Assembly: GCA_963716725.1 (NCBI GenBank)
Contig: CAVQUB010000032.1
Coordinates: forward strand, 1-64,000
DNA from: an uncultured delta proteobacterium
GTDB taxonomy: Bacteria > Myxococcota_A > Polyangia > Polyangiales > Polyangiaceae
Length of the DNA stretch: 64,000 bases
Direction: 5' to 3'
The first letter of the stretch is position 1. The number at the start of each line of letters is the position of its first letter. Below, piece by piece: positions 61,846 through 64,000 of this stretch. Made by a program: the position numbers and the translations under genes. The notes below the pieces were generated by a model that did not search any database, was not told the DNA's origin, and saw only the letters and a list, made by a program, of their open reading frames with translations.

Positions 61846-63122
61846 CAGAGCGCCGAACGCATGAGTTCGTCCCTCGAGGTGCCGTACTCGTGCAACTTGT
61901 ACTGGATTTTGCGGACGCTGATCCCGAGCACCCGCGCCGCCCGTGACGTGCTGCCACCGTTGGCTGCAAGCGTCTGCAAGATGGCGTAGCGCTCGATGTC
62001 GGAGAGGCGAGCGCCGGGGATCACCGGCCGCGGTGGAGCGACGCCGGCGGGCAGCGTCAAGTGCTCTGTGCGGATGAGCCCCGATTTGCAGCGCGCCCGC
62101 GCCGCATCCAGTACCTGCCTGAGCTCGGGGATGTTGTTTGGCCAGTCGTAGCGGCGCAGGCGGTTGACCGCTTCGGCGCTCAGACCCGGGCCGCCCGATC
62201 CCATCAGCGAGCGCGCCAGAGGGATCAGATCTTCACGCCGTTCACGCAGCGTGGGCACCCGGACATCGACGACGCAGAGCAGGTGAGCGAGATCGTCGCG
62301 GCAGCGACCGCTCGACGCCAGCACGCTTGGCGGCAACGAGCCCGACGACACCACGCGAACCTGGCGCGCGGAGCTTCGGCTCGAAGGCAGCGCGTCGAGA
62401 AGCGCCCCCTGGGTGCCGGGTGGGAGCTCGCCGAGGTCCTCGACGTAGAGGGTTCCGCCCATGGCGCGAGCCACGGCGTCTTGGACCTCGTCCCGAGAGT
62501 GCCCCAAGGTTTGCTCGGCGACCTGGCGGCAACCGAAATGGACGAACGGCCCGCTGGCGTGAACAGAAAGAGCGTGAATCGTTCGGGCCAGGCGCGTGCG
62601 CCCCGTGCCCGCCTCGCCGTACAGGTAGACGTTTGCATGGGTCGGAGCGACGCGCGCCAGTTGACGCACGCACTCACGCATCTCCTGCGACTCAGCCACG
62701 ACGCCGGGCAGTTCCGTCTCCGCGGGTTTGGCTGGCAGCTCCGGCCCGCGTTCCGCGCTCTCGAGGGCCTGCGATACGACTGCGAAGAGGCGCGTGGAGT
62801 CCAGGGGCTTGACCACGAAATCGAGGGCGCCCTCTCGCATCGCGCCAAGCGCGGCGTCCACGCTGCTGAAGCCGGTCATCACCACGACCGGTGCGCCGAT
62901 ATCGGAGCGCCGCAGTCGACGGATCAGCTCCACGCCGTCCATCGAAGGCATGCAGAGATCAGTCAGAATCAGATCGGGCCGGCTCTCTTCGGCCCGGCTC
63001 AGGGCTTTGAAACCATCGCTGGCCGTATCCACGACGTAGCCGGCCTCACGGAGCAGCTCGGCCAGCGCCATCCGCGCTGCGCCCTCGTCATCGACCACCA
63101 AGATGTGCGCTGGATTTCCCAT
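61845..63122 (-). CDS. NtrC-like response regulator with degenerate sigma54-activation domain
   Basis: Intact receiver (VVDDE, TDLCMP, KP) and Fis-type HTH; AAA+ has GEAGTGRT and YVEDL and no GAFTGA loop. Confidence 0.88.
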   Translation of the reverse strand: MGNPAHILVVDDEGAARMALAELLREAGYVVDTASDGFKALSRAEESRPDLILTDLCMPSMDGVELIRRLRRSDIGAPVVVMTGFSSVDAALGAMREGALDFVVKPLDSTRLFAVVSQALESAERGPELPAKPAETELPGVVAESQEMRECVRQLARVAPTHANVYLYGEAGTGRTRLARTIHALSVHASGPFVHFGCRQVAEQTLGHSRDEVQDAVARAMGGTLYVEDLGELPPGTQGALLDALPSSRSSARQVRVVSSGSLPPSVLASSGRCRDDLAHLLCVVDVRVPTLRERREDLIPLARSLMGSGGPGLSAEAVNRLRRYDWPNNIPELRQVLDAARARCKSGLIRTEHLTLPAGVAPPRPVIPGARLSDIERYAILQTLAANGGSTSRAARVLGISVRKIQYKLHEYGTSRDELMRSAL

Positions 63123-63148
63123 GAGCGTCCCTTTCCAGGGCCGACAGA

Positions 63149-63164
63149 TGCATCCACCGTGCCC
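63149..63164 (-). promoter_or_regulatory. Putative sigma54 promoter of the regulator-usp-nifJ-DHODH-like operon
   Basis: Minus strand GGGCACGGTGGATGCA (GG-N10-GC), about 27 nt upstream of the ATG, with an AAAGGGA SD in between. Confidence 0.65.
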
Positions 63165-63259
63165 CAGCTACTCACGCCAAAGTTTGGTCAATTCCGGCTT
63201 CCATCACGCGCCGTCTGCGGCGGCGCGCATCCGCGACGAAACTTTTGCGCACGCGGCGT

Positions 63260-64000
63260 TCACTCGCGGACTTGGGGTGGGAATCGGATCGTGAACTGGG
63301 TGCGCCCCGGACGGGAGTCGAAGTGGATGGTCCCGCCGTGCTCGCGGACGATGCGGTGCACGATGGCCAGCCCCAGTCCCGTGCCCGCCTCCTTGGTCGT
63401 GTAGAAAGCGTCGAAGATCGGGGCGTTTTCGTCGAGGCCCGGTCCCGTGTCTGCGACGATCGCTTCCACGCCCCCCTCGGCGTCCGAGCGCACCGCGAGA
63501 TCGAGCACGCCGCCGCTGGCTTGCATGGCCTCGATTGCGTTGCGCATCAGGTTGAGCATGATCTGTCGGAGCCTCGGGGGGTCGCCGTCGATACAGGAGT
63601 CTTGCTCCAGCCGAAGGTCGATGGTGACTCGCGCGGCCTCGGCCTCGGGGCGAAGCTGTGCGATCACGGAGGCGACGAGCTCCGACAGATCCACGGACTC
63701 GAGCACGAGGGGGTTCGGGCGCGCAAACGCCAAGAAGTCGGAGACCAAGCGATCGAGCCTCCGGATCTCGTCGTGGACGATTTCGACCACGGGAACGAGC
63801 AGCTCGGGGGTGTTTTGTCCGCGCTCGACCCGACGTCGCAGCACTTGCAGCTGGAGCGTGGCCGAGTTCAGGGGGTTGCGCACTTCATGGGCGAGGCCTG
63901 CGGCCAGCGTGCCCACCGCGGCCAGGCGCTCGTCCATCAAGGTCCGGCGCTGTGCTGCGCGTTCCGACGTCACGTCGATGCCCACGGCCAACGTGGATGG
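63260..64000 (-). CDS. Sensor histidine kinase (5' end outside the window)
   Basis: LAHEVRNPL H-box, NLMRNA, DTGPG, FYTTK, GTGLGL. Confidence 0.95.
   Translation of the reverse strand, partial: PSTLAVGIDVTSERAAQRRTLMDERLAAVGTLAAGLAHEVRNPLNSATLQLQVLRRRVERGQNTPELLVPVVEIVHDEIRRLDRLVSDFLAFARPNPLVLESVDLSELVASVIAQLRPEAEAARVTIDLRLEQDSCIDGDPPRLRQIMLNLMRNAIEAMQASGGVLDLAVRSDAEGGVEAIVADTGPGLDENAPIFDAFYTTKEAGTGLGLAIVHRIVREHGGTIHFDSRPGRTQFTIRFPPQVRE

Overview
High-GC chromosomal segment, most likely from a Polyangiales-type myxobacterium (Myxococcota). That assignment is inferred from the Ser/Thr kinases, PEGA/TPR and GspE-N/HEAT proteins, Cys-rich lipoproteins and sigma54 activators. It holds about 50 genes; I saw no rRNA, tRNA, CRISPR array or transposase. 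Recognisable modules: benzoyl-CoA oxidation genes (boxR, boxC, boxB, no boxA); a c-di-AMP locus (folP-cdaA-cdaR divergent from a PgpH-type HD phosphodiesterase); a DUF692/MNIO RiPP cluster whose Cys-rich bufferin-like precursor carries a lipoprotein signal; a comM-recA-ssb operon behind a sigma54-type promoter; an RND pump; lipid-metabolism genes; a FadR-type regulator with a clear double operator; and a sigma54-type operon of degenerate activator, USP, pyruvate:ferredoxin oxidoreductase and a DHODH-like protein. Most unusual are a RecQ-like protein with degenerate ATPase motifs fused to 26 tandem histone-like [KR][KR]PVA[KT] repeats, the apparently membrane-anchored MNIO precursor, and the comM-recA-tailless ssb operon. 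Several single-base frameshifts and three apparent internal deletions suggest assembly errors or gene decay. All calls come from reading motifs by eye; no database searches were run.
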